Source: Tubiluchus corallicola (taxonomy: Eukaryota; Animalia; Priapulida). Taken from it: DNA of 64,000 nucleotides. Numbering within the stretch: position 1 is the first letter of the stretch; each line of letters starts with the position of its first letter. Below, piece by piece: positions 1 to 22,700 of the stretch. The notes below the pieces were generated by a model. The model was given only the letters and a program-made list of their open reading frames with translations. It did no database searches and was not told the DNA's origin. A program made the position numbers and the translations under genes. The stretch is from NCBI GenBank assembly GCA_030141605.1, contig JAQGDQ010000254.1, positions 248,001-312,000 on the forward strand, in the 5' to 3' direction.

Positions 1-625
1 AAAGTATGAACTCTTCCCAGACATGCATTCATTTCTTTACCATTTCAGCATAACCTCTTCCTTGAGTGGCACTGTTTGGGACAATTTTTACAAAAAAATC
101 AACAGCAACTCAGCACTTGAGTGCAGTATGTGCAATAGTTAAACATTTTACTGTAGCATTGATTCAGTTTTGATTATTCGTTTCACAAAAGGAAAAGACA
201 TACAGGCTGTCAGGAAATGACAGCCTCGCTATAATTAAAAGTTACAATACGTACGTTGGAACATATTTTTCGACTGTCTATCCATCTACCTATGTTATTT
301 CTTATTTTAACATTCTTTCCACTTCCATATTGTCATAAATCAAAAATCAACAAAGTTTCTTGAAGAAATGAGTAAAGACACCATTCCATTTGAGAAACAA
401 ACATGAGGGTAAGGGATAAATGTCCATTTATCCTTTACTCCTCAGAGTTACAAATAATGTCAGTACTGAATATTGTGATAAATGTTTTTTACTCAAAATA
501 AATGCTGTTCCTCATGGTGTTGCTCACTTTTATCTATCCTTTTCGGTTTCTTCTATGAAAAGGAAAGCAATCATTTCCTGACACCCCTATCAATTTTCAG
601 GTACCTATTATGGCTACCAGATTAC

Positions 626-7775
<7,150 letters not shown>

Positions 7776-8157
7776 TCTGATTTGTCAAATATTGAAAAAA
7801 AAAATTAGTAACAAAAAATATTAAACTGCTCGCAATAGCCTTTTCAATGCAATAAAGATTAACATTAACAATAAAGATTAACATCATGAGCAGTCCCCAC
7901 TGTGCAATAATTAACTTTATTTGACTTTCAATAATTGTTGGAATACCTGTGTTATTCGGTTTAATTCCCCGTCATCAATTTGGCTCACAATTGATTTAAT
8001 TCCTAGAACAGCACCACCAGCAACACTACTGTTAGAATTATATACTACTTTTGACGGGCGCGAATGCATTTTATCACGAGTAGTCAAACACAACTCGTGA
8101 TAAAATGCATCTGTGTCTGCCAAATGTAGTAGATAATTTTAATAGTACAGTATTAAA

Positions 8158-8416
8158 TCTGTTTTCACACCCACGTCTGACTAGGAAATGACCAAATGAC
8201 AGCACCAATACCTGACATTTTTGGTCATTTTCAAGTCAGATGTCACTCAAGTCTGGTTTGGAAATAATTAAAATTTCGTAAGTTTCATCATCCAAGTCTG
8301 ACTTGGAAATAACTGTTTACAGCTTACATGGCTGAAGCTTCACACTTCCTTTTTATATTAAAGATGAAAACTTGATGAAAGGCGTAACTAGTTGAAGTGA
8401 CGCAGTGTGAATAGCC
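8158..8416. repeat. Inverted-repeat element, possibly a decayed PIF/Harbinger-type MITE
   Basis: Hairpin at 8173-8243 (gtctgactaggaaatgaccaaatgacag ... ctgacatttttggtcattttcaagtcagat), further copies of caagtctg..ttggaaata, and loosely complementary ends (ttttcacac / gtgtgaata). Confidence 0.35.
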
Positions 8417-9013
8417 TGGACCATTACAAGGTGTATCCAAAAACTCTTGAATGTGTTAACCGGTGCCTGGGAATATTACACGAGGCGTTCGCGCTTACGG
8501 GACATTCCAAGTGTACAGCGACGTAACGTACCCCGAGATGATCTAATTATGCAAGTACACAGTGAGGCAGCACATGGCACTGCCATAGACAGCGAAGCTG
8601 TACACAGCAATATCGAGCAAACACGAATGTTCCGCGCAGCGCTTCGAAAGGCAAAACAAAAAGCAAGATGTCAATTAACTTTTTGTCAGTTTATAACAAA
8701 AATAAATCCAATTATTTATCTAAAATTAAATTAATTTTCTCACTCGGAGCTCGGCACTGTTTTGCTTTCTCACAAATTGGCAATAACAAAAATCTTGTTT
8801 GGTGGACAGCAATTGTGCAAAAAAATGCGAGTTCTGCTTACGACTCGCACACGTAACATGCTCAATGTATTACGTAGTAGTATTGTTATCTAGTAATACT
8901 AACATGATATGATAACAGAATTATTATGCGTACATTTACATCAACAAACAGACACAGTGTGGTACTCAAACGTAACTTTGTGTTGTACTACGATATATAA
9001 AAGTAATACTAAC

Positions 9014-9120
9014 CCAAAAGATATTTGTGTCAAGTGATTTGCCGGGTACGAGCTGAATCGGTTATAAACTGAATTATTCGATTCTTTCAATTTTAGGCGA
9101 AGTGAAAACAAAAATTATTA
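9014..9120 (-). other. Probable non-coding first exon of the DHX33-like gene
   Basis: The ATG exon has an acceptor AG only 1 nt upstream of the ATG (7777-7778), so an upstream exon is expected. A minus-strand donor (gg|gttagt) is present at 9014/9013. The 5' limit is a guess. Confidence 0.35.
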
Positions 9121-10753
9121 ACTATTAATTCGACTAAATGTTTTGAGTTATGGTGGAACCATATGTCACATTATGGGTGCATTTAGCCATCACACATCAA
9201 CAGAAAGAGCAATCTAGCAGCTAGCTGTAACTCCATGTTTGGCCCTTCTTGCTTACCTAATACAGGTGTATTTGTTATGCAAACGCTCATCTTCGAAATA
9301 AAATTGTTGCAATCTTGAAGTATTTTTAACCATTTGATATCTATTGCAGTACCATTATTTTCTTAGTAGTACCATTATTATATTACTGGTATGTATCATG
9401 TTCAAGGACGGAGGTACGGATCAACAGTATGATAACTCAGGGGTACCTAGCGAGAAAGAATTAATTTCTGATTTGTTTTCTTACATTTCAGTGAGCAATT
9501 AATATCTACATTTGAATGAAAAATGCACACCATGTAAATAAACTGTGCCACGTCGAATGTGGTATCCGCTATGCGGAATAGCAGCTATTACATTCTCTGA
9601 CATTATGTACACTTGAGTAAAAAAACCTATAAAACAAGATCAATTTTTGAAAATAATGCACTAGCTATTTTAACTGACTGGCATAAGTACATTTGTGCAT
9701 TATGCATAGTGAGAAAAGGCACGAAACATACAGGAAACAGTGAACCTATATTAAAACTTCACAATAATTTTATTATCAATAAAATGAAAAAATTACATCT
9801 ATATGTACAAATAAGTTCTGCAATGATAAATATAAAACAAACTGAAATATTAAATACTGAAAATAAGATGACATAATACACAACCATTGCTGCATACAAA
9901 AGAGTAATCAAACATACAAGTATCACAGTTTTTTCACTACCATACATGTTATGATCTTATATGACTGAATGTGCTGCAGGCGCTGTTAGATACAGCTTCT
10001 TAAATACATTTGTCTTAAGACATCAATTATGCAAAAGTAATCACATTTGTGCTCTCTATAACTACTCTGTAAACTTTAGTAAAATTTCAAAGATGCGCAT
10101 ACCTTATACCAATTAGTATTACATCACATTGTAAGAATGCTAACAAAGCTGCAACACACATAAAACAAGTTAAATGTAGATTGTGCATTTCCACTTTTGT
10201 AAATTGAAAATTTCTAGTAAAATCAAAGTCTGCTTATAGTACTTACAAAAGCTTTCATTCGAGAAAAGCAAGAAAAAAGTAAGAAAAAACGTAATAAAAA
10301 ATTTTTCACCGCAAAGAGTACAAAAATGATGAACAGCATGCAACTTATAGGTAATACCGCATGATAATTAAGTCTGAACAACATATTTTTTAGTTCGAAT
10401 GATAAAAATTATTTTCAGTAATATAAATCATTCTGCACTGAAAGTACACAAGCTACTGTTAGTTCAATAAAATTTTAATAGATGGCATTACCAGTGCTGA
10501 AAACAATGTTGGAAATAATGTACTACGAGTAACAATTTAAGAACTACTGCTAAAAGGAGAAATCTTTATTTCATGTGCATGCAACTTCAAACACCAAAAA
10601 AATCAACAATTCATCAAGTATATCATTTGGCCAAAATGCTTCCCTTTTCAAGTGACTTATAATAAGTAAATTTATAACAAATTACTGTAGCACTATAACA
10701 CAAATATGAAATGCTGAAAATTGAAAACAAAGTCGGTTTACATTTTCGGTCTG

Positions 10754-13700
10754 CTAATGGTATGTCCACCTTTGCCAAATGTTGTGAGTACATGGTGCTA
10801 CCACCAGATATCCCAAACGGGCAGATTCTTTTCCATCTAGACATTTGTTGGTTAAGGTATGTATAATCGCTTTATCCTAAATTTAAAATAAATAAAGTTT
10901 GAAGATTATTACTACTGTTGCAATGTTGCTGTATTGTATATTGCTATATGGATTTGCACTATTTTAGGTGGTTACTATATAATTTGTTATTATAATTTTT
11001 TGACCAGTGAGGCCACCACAGAATGTCCTTGCTTAATGACCCCCCATTTAGCAACTTTTCGTTTTAATGACGCTGAACATTTGACACCTTTTCTCACTTA
11101 ACGACATGTTCCATTTTAACGACAATTTTTTTATTTTGCATGCTGCCAATTTCATTTTATCAATTTTTTTTTACCTAATTTGAAGCATTAAAATAGTACA
11201 TATTGCATCATTCTGTTCTAAAAATGCATTGGTAATCTAACAGTGCAATTATTAAAATGCTTTTGCTTCCTAGCTGACTAAATACTAATTCTAGCCCTTT
11301 GTATCAAGCGAGATCTGCTTTGCTGATTTATATGCCTCCACACACTCTTTGTTTAAATTTTAAGCCAAAGAACTTTGTCTGCAACATAAATGTTGCTATA
11401 ACAACCAGGTTAGTACTACGAAAGAGAACCGCTAGTAAATCTAGCTAGATATTATAGAAAGATAGGTGGTTTCAAGCAAAGAGAAAGAAATTAATCAGTA
11501 CGAACATGAATAAAACCCATAAAATGTTTAACTTATATGAAATAAGCAGCATTGATTATTGCTTCTGGAATGTATCTCAATGGAATGCATTAAGCTAGGA
11601 CTTACTGTATCTATACAACTACTACATACTATGTCGCTGTCGCCACCAATATCATCATCATGACTGTCACTGTCATTGTCATCATCATCATCATCATCAT
11701 CGTTGTTGTTGCCATCATCATCATCATTGTCATCGTCATCACCATCATCCTCATTATAAATCTAAGAGGAGCAGTCAGCTGTCCAATTAAAGGTGTAAAC
11801 TCTTACCTGGTAAAGCTTCCATGCTTGATTACCACCATCACCATGGCAAGTAAACATTTTAACAGGTACCACACTCTGATTATTATGAGGTACGTCAAAG
11901 CAATGTTCTTCACCACGAAGCTCGCTACGATTAGTCTTATAGAATTCCTGTAAATAAGCAGAAAATGCCTTCCTGCACTATGACTAAATTATGGCATCAA
12001 GGTAAATGTCGTGAAATTAAGCAGTTCCACACAAAATAATTTAAGTAAGCCTTTTCACAGTTTCGTTGTGCCAATGTTTAACTGTACCACAGCAACGCGT
12101 CTTAATTGCAACCGTTATGTGGGTAAAGCAAAGTTGTCTGACGCAGTTATTTTACGTGGACTTTACTTAATTATGCATTAGTCTGTGCAATGTAGAGTGA
12201 TTTACTAGCAGAATCTTGCTTCAACAAAAATGAACTAGGTAAGGTTCTAGCTAGCTGTTAAAATTGTTACTATTACAAAATAGACATAGACATAGAACAT
12301 TTATTTTCTCCAATATAGTTTCACAGCAAAAGTTTTTGTTAAATATTAAATAATTGTAATCATGGAGCAGGGCAGGGAGGGCCAAAGGGTCACCTAGTCT
12401 CCTGCCCTTTCATATAGCTAGAAAGGTATGTTAAAAATGAACGGTGATGCTGGAGATAAAAAAATCAAATAAGAAGAAAAAATAGTACAATTTGTCAAAA
12501 AAACTAAAAACAAAAAATAGTAGAATAAAGTTAAATACATAAATCTAAACAAAAGAATGTTGTGAGGAGTTGCCAAGTGTACACAAATGCATTGTCTGGT
12601 ACACTTAACCTTTAACATTTTGAGAATCATCATAATTGTTGGAATTGTGAAAATGCTTATTTATGCATTCTGTTGTTGTAAATGACTTCCAATTGTTTCT
12701 AATCTCTGTGCCTGTACACACAAATTAAACATTAAACCAATTTATTGTTAACATTACTGTTTACTAAATATAAAAACATAGAAAACAGATGTCAGATACC
12801 ACAGCCTCAATTAGTAATATGCAAGAATGTGTTAATTTACAGCATCTAACAATTAATGGCAATACCATCTCAAAGAGCATAATTTAAACAAAACAACAGC
12901 ACGATTTAATGCTAAAACTTAAGTCAGAAATTATTTTTGTTCGGCTGCTACTTCATTTGAAATATGTATTGACAAGGCTCATGTATATAAGGATGAAAAT
13001 ACTCCTACTTAGTTACTGATGTTCAAGAGCTGGGACATTCATGCAAATCTTTTTGTATTGAAATTGAATCTCATGGATATATCAGCAAAGAAAGTGCAAA
13101 CAAGATACTCCAGGGAACTTGCAGATTGGTCTGCAAGTTACTATACCTAAACGCAAGTTTCGGGAATTAATTCAAAATTTAAGGAAAATTTCTCTACTGT
13201 CTTCATTTTCAATTTTCCAGTCAAAAATGAAAAAATATCTGGGATGAAGTGTTACTTATCAAAATTAACAACTAGTTGTGACACGGGTAATTAAAATTGC
13301 TCAAGATGTCCATTTTATTTTTGGAAATGCTACATACAGTCAGAGTATCACTACCACGTGACAACATATCCAACTGCTAAAGCATTGCCATAGATTTGCT
13401 CAGCTCAGATAAGCTTCAAATAACTTGTGTTTACCATCTTCCCTCTGCGAATACTCATTACTCCATTGTTCTTTGTAATATTCTTCAGGACTTGTGCATA
13501 AACTCTGACTCTAATATTGTTATCACAGGAGATTTCAATCTCTCCCAAATAAACTGGAATGAATTAGTAGCTCCAGATATTAATGTGTAAAATGAATTTA
13601 TGAAGCTTTTAGGCGAGAGCAATTTACAGCAACTAGTTAAATCTCCAACCAGAAATAATAATATATTAGATTTAGTTCTGGTAAATAATCATTAAGTGTA

Positions 13701-16700
13701 TCCTGTGTAAGTGTATGGCAGGCTTACACAACAATGACCATTATGCAATTACTTTTAGGGCTCACTGTGCAAATTCTTGATATTCTGTCCATCCCAAATC
13801 TTAATTTTCAAAGAACAAATTATGCAACATTATGTAGGTTATTAGACAAAATTAATGGAGAATTTGTGTTTCGATACTGTAGTAATGTCCAGGAATTGTA
13901 CGATGTTTTTATTTGTACTTTGCAGTCCATGTTTAATGCAACAGCGCCAGTGCTACATTTTATTGATAAGCCATCCTATCCTAAACATATGAGATAATTG
14001 CTGAAGAAAAAGAAGACAAAGTGGCATGGGTTTCAAAATGACCGAAGCTCTACTGAAGAAAGTTAGCTTACCATGAATCGTGTTTGAAAATTCAGGAAGC
14101 TATCCATAATAGCATGATAGCCAGGGAAACAAAAATTATTAATACTAGAGATCGTTCTCAATTTTTCAGATGTGTACATGAAAAGAATAAAACTCCATCA
14201 GGGGAGGCCCTACTATTAAAACTATTAAAATATGATGGTACCACTGCATTATCAGATTTGGAAAAGCACATGTGTTAAAAAATCAGTTTTGTTCTGTCCT
14301 TGTACTAGATAATGGGTGATAAATTATGCCCTTTTTCCTTCTTTAAATAATAGAACACGATGCTTAAATGAGTTTATCATAAATGAGGAAATGATTTACA
14401 AAATATTGTGTTCTAGTAAAATAAAATTTACCATAACGCCAGATAATATTCCACCTGCAGTTCTTCGTAATTGTGCAACTCAGTTAGCAGCCCCTTTACA
14501 CAATATTTTTGTGCATTCTTTAATATCCACAAGTTTACTAAGGCAGTGGCGCACTCCAGATATTACTGCATTTTATAAAGTGAATGATGCTGCATTAGCA
14601 AAAAATTATGGACCAATTTCTGTCACTTCTGCCATTTGCAGATGCTTGGAAAGTATAATTGTTGATAAGCTTCTCAAATATCTGCTCTCAAATAATTTCA
14701 TTAGTGAAAACCAATTTGATTTTTTTATCTCGTAGATCCACTGAATTACAGCTGCTTAGCTTGTGTTGATGCTTGGACCAGTCTTATTGATCTCGTGTTG
14801 ATTAGTCAAAAGCTTTCGATACAGTTTCCCATTCAAAAATTATATCATTATTGAAGGTAAAGCATTGTAGTGGATAAAGGCTTCCTTGACAGACCGGACT
14901 CAGTGTGTTAAAGTGGGAAATTGTAATTCCGACTATTCCAATGTTTTATCTGGTGTTCCTCAAGGGTCTTTTCTAAGCCCAATCTGTTTTTTACTTTTCA
15001 TAAATAAATATATGTTTTCCTCCGGTAGCGCTAAAACCTGTACACATAAAAACAAAATCCAGATCACCTTGAACTACTTCGCAGATTGGCGGAATGCATA
15101 GCAACTGGCCTTAGCAACTGAAAAGTGTTTTGTGCTAAACATTGGATTGGAATGTGCTTGCAACTATACACTAGATAATGTCGCACATCTTAAAATTCAA
15201 AAGATGCATCATTTGGGATAACTGTGGATACTAAACTTAGTTTCAAAGAACACATTGCACAAATTGCCCAAAATGCATATTTCTCAATTAATGTGCTGTT
15301 CAAGTGTTTCTTGATAAAAGATGTTGAGACTTTGACTAAGGCCTATTGTGTTTATGTGAGGCCCATAATAGAATACTGTAGTACTGTTTGGAACCCCTTT
15401 TTCGCTATAACTTGTTCTCAAGCATATATAGGAAGAAAAGACAAAGCATAAAACGTTCAAAAATACTTCATACAATTCTTCCTTAAGGCTTCTTCACAAA
15501 CTGGTTGTCCCTATAAGTACAGATTGGCCATTCTTAAACTAGAAACTATAGAGGTTAGAAGGGTCAAAGCAGATCTTAGTATGGTCTTCAAAATAGTATG
15601 CACCTAGTGTGATAGCATGATTTTTATGACCTAGTGCTTCGAAATATCAATTTTCAAAATGTTGCTTTAATAACAACTGCTCTTAACTCTGTTCTAAACC
15701 ATCAAGCTTCCACCAGTCAGTAGTTACTTATTATGTCAGTTTGTATGAAGAGATTTTGAAATTTTTAATCTCATTTTAGTACTACGAGTCTTAAATATGA
15801 GTTGAAATGTTGTAAAATCAGCTCTTCCATTATGTTAGATAGCTTAAAGCAAATTTAGTTAATTCTTAACTTCATTATAATATTATTCTACTAATCTTTG
15901 TTTTTAGTGCGTACAAATACTAACTAAGGGCTCCGTACATCATTTTCAGTTCACGATATTATGCAGTAACTGTGCAATAGTTAACTGAAATATCTTGTTA
16001 ATTACTTTGTTAAAATCAGACAGGCCCAAAAAAAGTGATGTGTTTTCATTCATCTTATTATAGTAACTATTTTCAATAGACTTTTTTATGCTATATACAT
16101 GCTGGTAAGCCCAGCACTTTCATTGTAAATAAATTTGTGTTGTTACAAAGTGCAAATATATAAACTAAACTAACTAAACTTATTGACCAGTGTATTTCAT
16201 GAATCTTATGTTTGTAGATTCGTGAATGTTATCTAGATTATACATAAAGACTTCTTTATGTTGTTTTCAAAAAAAAGATTTTAAAAATATATTATTAGGG
16301 GTAAGGTGAAAAGCAGCTGACAGTATGAGATCAAAATTAGCTCAAACGCTGAACTGGTCAGTACGTGGATGGGTGATACTAAAGGAGCATCACTTCCTAC
16401 TGAGGAAGAAATATACATTAGAACAAGACTAATACTCCTCGGCTGGATCAGTGCCGCATCTTAATTGATCAAAATGATTATAAATTCTTGCAATGCGATA
16501 TAATTCTAGTCACAACCACCGCCATCAACATGATAAGTTTACATTACTCTTTGAGAAACAATACTTTTAATTGCAAGCTACATGGATTTTACAAACGAAC
16601 GACTGAAATCCGACACTAACCACACCAGCTCCTTCTAGCGGAGGAACAACTAAGTGTTAAAATGTCTGTAACCCGCAGTTTGGATACTAGCTAAACAATT

Positions 16701-19700
16701 GTCTCATGCCCAACCCAATAAAATAGATGGTTATGGCCTTTATTTATGATGCCTCAGTACACAAGGAAGGCACGTGACTAGCCTTATGTTCTTTAAAGTG
16801 ATTTTAATATAAAAATACATTTCTAAAAATTAAAGGTTGCACGGAATTCCTTTTTGTCTGCAGAAAACTCTGGGATACTTGCTACATTCTGGGAGTCGTT
16901 TAAAACAAGTTCAGGTAATACTGTGTAGTTTTAAAAAATAATCAGATAACTCGTAGGGCACTTTATATTATCAATAAAACCAATAATTGTTGGTTAGAAT
17001 TTGGTGAATCTGTGGTGCACACTGAGATGGTGATGCAGCGCAGTTTTATCAGGTGGTGAGAATGTATTAAATTACTAAGAATTTTCTTCTCCAATTACAC
17101 AAGTCTTTAAAACACATAATATAATACTAAGTAATATAACTTTGTATGGCAAGTTCTTCAGAAGATACTTTAAAATTCCATTTTCGTCCTTTTTAGATTA
17201 CACAAAAGATCAAAAATAAAATTCTGCATTTTTAAGTTACAAGTAGTAAATGTAGTTGCAGTCAGTCAAAGTCGACGTCATTGTCGGCATTGTTGCTATT
17301 GTCATCATAGTAACAGTAGACGACAACTTCCTGGTGCTGTGGCATTCTGTATTTACCTGATCAATATTTCCCAGTTCACAAGGAAACAGCTTAAGATAAA
17401 CGGTGAACGGTTCCAACGGAATTCTGTACATGCCAATACATGTATTAGTAAACTTGTTATGAATCTATAAACCAGAAAAATAGAGAATATTTAACTAAAT
17501 CAGCAATAATGCTTAAAGCAAAGGAAAAGTCACCTAGCATGTTGGGTTTAATTTACTATTATGATCTAAGCTTAGAATAATATAACAAAGAAATTTCCAA
17601 AAACCTGTCTATAAAGCATAAAATTAATTAACGCTATTATTGCAAAGAAATTTTCAGGTGCAACACTTGCCACCTTTACTAAATAATTTAGACATGAGTG
17701 GTGGATGTCGCGACTCTTCCTGAGTGGCTTTCAGTAAGTGCACACCACTTAAATTGATTCAAACTTGTGCAGCTTACCTAATGTTCATGCAAAATATCAC
17801 AAAATTAACTATCTGGTTTTTTTTGTAAAAACTTTTTATACTTTTTACGGAAATTTAGAGTGTCCTGCTTTTCTTCAGTTGATGAATGACGTCATTCGTG
17901 AAAGAATAGGTGTTTAAAATGGGAGTGCCCAAGCAAGAAATAATCGCAACTTTAAAGCAATTTTACCAATTACAGAAATTGTTTATGACACTTTTACTAC
18001 TAAACACTTCTAACATTTTTCGTGAACATTCCAATAAGCCCGATTTCTCAGACAGCTTGGCCTGCTTTTGATGATTTTGGTTGTTTACGTGCAACTACAA
18101 GGGCTGAAGAAAATTTATGTTTACACTGTAGTGAGTTTCCAGATAGTTTCCAGAAACAATTCCCCATAGTTTATTCGCTAGCATAAGGATAGTAGAAAAA
18201 TACATCCTTCTGTGCAACAAACAAAGTTGATTTGACTACACGCTGCTAAGCTGAAGAGAATTAGGTGCCTGGCTTCAAGCAATGCAAAAGCAAGCCAGCT
18301 GATGCCATATGATGATAAATAATGCTGTTTAATGATGCTTTTAACTTTGAAGCTTTTTTCATTTTACACACAGTAAATAACACAGGCATCTTATTTATAA
18401 ATTACTGTAGTTTTTATCGAGTGTACGGCAATCAGAATACCATTAAATGCATTATTGGTATATTAAAAAAACTTTGAGATAAGGAAGTAAACCTCAAGAT
18501 AAACTTAATCCTCATGACCAGGACAGCTCAATCTGATTTGTTAACTAAATGGATTGAATCAGAAAATAGTTTGATCTCTCTAAGACATGAGGTCCAGTGA
18601 AATATAGTGGTTTGCATGCTCAACATGTAATTCAAAGATGCTTTGTTAAGAACAAGATTATTTTTGATCTTTCTAGTTTCTTCACTTGGCAGTATATGAA
18701 TTCGTCCATCTAAGATATTTGGGTTTTTTTCACTTAGCTTCATCATGGCTTTCTTAGTTGAAACACAAAAATTTTAATTTTCAAAAAAACTAGCGAAATT
18801 ATTCAAATCCTTTTTTACTGACACCAAAATGTTATCCCGAGAAGAGATCACACCTACTCTATCTGAAAAAAATTCAGGCTTGCGGAGCACTACAGGCTGG
18901 CGCCAGGCTTGCAGAGCATTGATAGCACTCGAGACTGTTCATAACCATTAGACATGCAATGAAATTGGGTTAATTACTCCATAAGAAGGTGTATTTCCAA
19001 TCAAAATGTTAATAGATCTACCCTAAAAGGTGGCCTATGACCTAAAATTATTATGTCACATTTTTTATTAAGAGAATGGTGGAAATTTCAGCCAAACATA
19101 TCTGGAACAGTAGTTTTTTATAGCAGAATATTTTATGGGACTGAAAACCACACATGAAAAAATATACAAATCACACTTGCGACAGTACAGTCAAACCTCA
19201 TTATACTGCCTCCTGTTATAATGTCAAACTAGTTTACCGCCTGCAAAAATGGCTAGGAAAAAAACGGCTGTATTCAACTGCATATAAAAATAGCCAGTTA
19301 TACTACCTCCTATTACCCGACAGGCAAAATAACAAACATGTTCATTGAGGAAATACCGTCAGCCACGCCAGTGACCTTGGTATTATGCCAGCTGTACGAG
19401 GCTGCTATATGCTCCGCTGGGTCACTTACACTGACCAGACGTCACGTGTCGTGCAAATTAATGCATGTTATCATGCTTTGATTTTTGCAAGCTGTACTGC
19501 ACTTCGTACAATTATAATAACAAAGGATTGATAGGTTTGATATTACTGTCAATGTACCACTCAGTTATAATAGCAACTGACAGAAAACACGTGGTTCTTT
19601 ATTGCCACAAGAAATGTGTTTTTTAAGAATCATCCAAGCAAATCCTAACAAGAAATTTGTAGTTACACCTTGACCTTTTTTACATATACATAATTAGTGA

Positions 19701-22700
19701 AGCAGAAGGCCTACAACCTATTACATGTATATAGCTGAATAAAAGATACGTATATTATGTAAACAAAATGCTCTTCTTAAAAATGACTGATTGCAAAGAG
19801 TCATTTCACAAATAATTAATTTAATAATTTTCTTTTAATTCATTAACCTTTAGAGTGAAAATTGTGGACTCTAACCTGTGTACAATACATTTGTCTGACT
19901 ACTCTGTGATTTGTTTTTGGCAAAATTTAACACGCCTTGTTATAACACCAAATTCCCTATAATGTCAACTTTTTTCTGGTCCTAAAGTGGGAGATACAAA
20001 GAGGTTTGACTGTATTATAAGATGCTGCATATTATCCTGCTTACTGAATATTAAAAAAAGTAGAAGTACGTGCATAAAATAGGAATACAGATAATTATCA
20101 TTATCTCTTAGAATACATTTACCGTTCCAAGTGAAAAAGCATTTTCATTAGGTCTAAACTGCCCTGGAGTGATGTTGTCCAAGTACCATTTAAAGCTCTT
20201 GCAGCCTAGTTGATTCCTGAGAGCTTTTCTTTCTGATACATTACCATAGCGAATTTCCTGGACAAATAAAACATACAAGTGAACAGGATAAAGACTTGCA
20301 CAACTATGAAAATGAAAATCAAAATGAAATGAAAAGCAGAAATTCAGTTTTATACATCTTTTAGCCAGCGATTCAGCGAAAGCAGAGAAAGTAGTAGCAA
20401 AATAATTTTGTTGACTTTTACCTTTGTTTACCATGACTAGTGTAAAAAGACTGTGTATTTCTTTATGTTAAGACTATAAAAACTTAGTAATATTTTTTAA
20501 ACTAAAATTTTTATTGTATTTCATCTCACTCTCATTTATTGCACATACAAATGCAGTTTATCAATCGCATTTTTGTAAACTTCTTCAATAGCCCCAGCTG
20601 GTTATATAAATAAATAAGTAAGCAGCTTTTGAAAGTAATAAGAGAACTGCCATAAGCAAAATTGCACTACGCTGACTTTCTTTGCTATTGTACTCAATGC
20701 AATTAATTGATAAGAGACATGGGATCAAATAACACCTTAGATTATTGAGCAGATTCTGCATCAAATTAAGCGAAATACACACAAGCTGTTTCTCAAACAA
20801 TAAAATGTTAATTTTTCATATTTTACTGTGCAAGTGTTTGAAAAAAGGATAGAAAACAAATATGTGAAAGTTCCTTTAAAGGAACAAACTTTTTCACAGG
20901 ATTTTTTTTTGTAATGTAAGAAAACTGTATGTCTGTTGCATTAAATGCACTTGATATTAACTATGTCACACAAGTATACTGTACACTAGATGAAATAATA
21001 CCAATAGTCACTTTGCAAGATACCTTTGCAATCTTTCCATGCTTCAGGGTACGGTAAAACAAATGCTTGTAGTCATCCATCCACACCTCTGCAAGACGCA
21101 TAGAGTTAACCACAAAATGATAATACAAGCTTTCCTCAGGAAAACTGTAGGGAGGTTCTGTCCTGAAAATATGTCCCACACGTGAACAAGGAATGATTTC
21201 CAGCCTGCCACCACACATCCAAGTCTAAATGAAATCAGAGTTGAGTTAGGTCGCTATGTTTGTAGATATGTTGCAGAATTAGTACACTAGGCTTCTTCCT
21301 AATAGTTTTTACGCAGCAAAAACATATACGCGAGATGCAATGCCCAATGCTGTCAAAGTTGTTTTTGGAACCAAAGTTAAAGCACTAGAAAACTCTCTAC
21401 TTACATAATGCTGAAAAAATTTGTCTTGAAACTTTATACCACTTACATACTGCCTTTATGTATACAGGGCTTGAGTCAGCAGTAATGCTGTATAAAACTT
21501 GTAAATTTAAACTCCCGCGATGGTCGTTAAACAACTTTTGAACGATAAGTCATTTGAAAAAAGTATAGATAACACTGAGTAAAGTTTGGACACATAATCA
21601 GACCATTCGTAGTGCACTCGTCCCTAACTAAGTACTGTATCTCTGTATTTTAAATTACTGTATCTTGTCAATACGATTAAAAATACATTTTTAGTTAGTC
21701 AGTGGTGCACTGTGGAGGAGAGTCAACAAACTTTCTTTTCTAGTTATACAAGTCTTTCAAGCAAGTAAGCAAAGCGCTAAGTAATATAACTTTGCATAGA
21801 AATTTTTTAGGATACAGTTTAACATTTATTTTTTGATTCACATTGTAAGTATATGACGTCATGTAATGACGGGATCGGAACAGTATTGCGGGAGATTTAA
21901 AATGAAAACAAACAGAAAATCCTTTCAATGCGAGTATGATATATGCATAATAATGCTAAAAGGTAATATAATTTTGAAGCGATTTTTCTGAAACCTACTT
22001 CAGGTACTCCTTTTCTTGTCCTTTAAGGCTGATTAGAGAGTGGATGGGTGAACAGATTCATTTCTCAGTCTGGGCGGTTTTCTTCGCTATTTTGACTCTG
22101 ACATAAGGATACATATCCAAAAGAGACCGAGGCACCTCTGCTAATTCAGTGGCTTGTCCTAGGGTCGTAGCCTTGATAAAAGGTGAAGTCCCAATCTTGT
22201 TACAACCATATTCAATTTGAGTAAAACTGCCAATGAATGCTTGATTCCGACTTGCAGGATCTCGAATAATACAAAAAACATTGCTTTTCTCGTGCATTTG
22301 AAGTTCTTTAAGACACTTTGAGCATGGGCTCAAAAAGTGAAGTGATGTCTATTACACCATATAAAAAAACTAATTGTGTCTGTGACCATTTTAACCAATA
22401 AGGGTTATTTTTATGCTATTGCAAACTATATTTAAATGTGCTGTTTAACTTTGTTTGGTGCTTTGAATTAGCATGCACGCAGATATCGTGGGTTATGCAC
22501 TATAGGCTGTTTTGTATATAAACATATTTTTATGCAAAACTGAAAAATTATGTTAATTTACGTGCGCATATGTTTGTTCTCTACAGTGAGCGAAGCAACG
22601 GAATAAAATGGATGAAATTTTACTGTTCACGCTTGAGAACACTGTGAACCAAGAAGTATGATAAAGTTCTGTTTGCCAAAACGTTTGATATTAATTCATC

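Noticed and set aside
7917-8734. ORFs 7917-8123 and 8447-8734 in DHX33 intron 1
   Set aside because: No homology recognised and they start at non-ATG codons; likely repeat-derived.
11660-11953. Hydrophobic 97-aa plus-strand ORF
   Set aside because: It is the translation of an (ATC)n microsatellite plus the antisense of a GALNT-A exon.
18528-18850. Possible transposase fragment (likewise 22058-22333)
   Set aside because: Coding-like composition, but no diagnostic motif, TIR or TSD could be identified.
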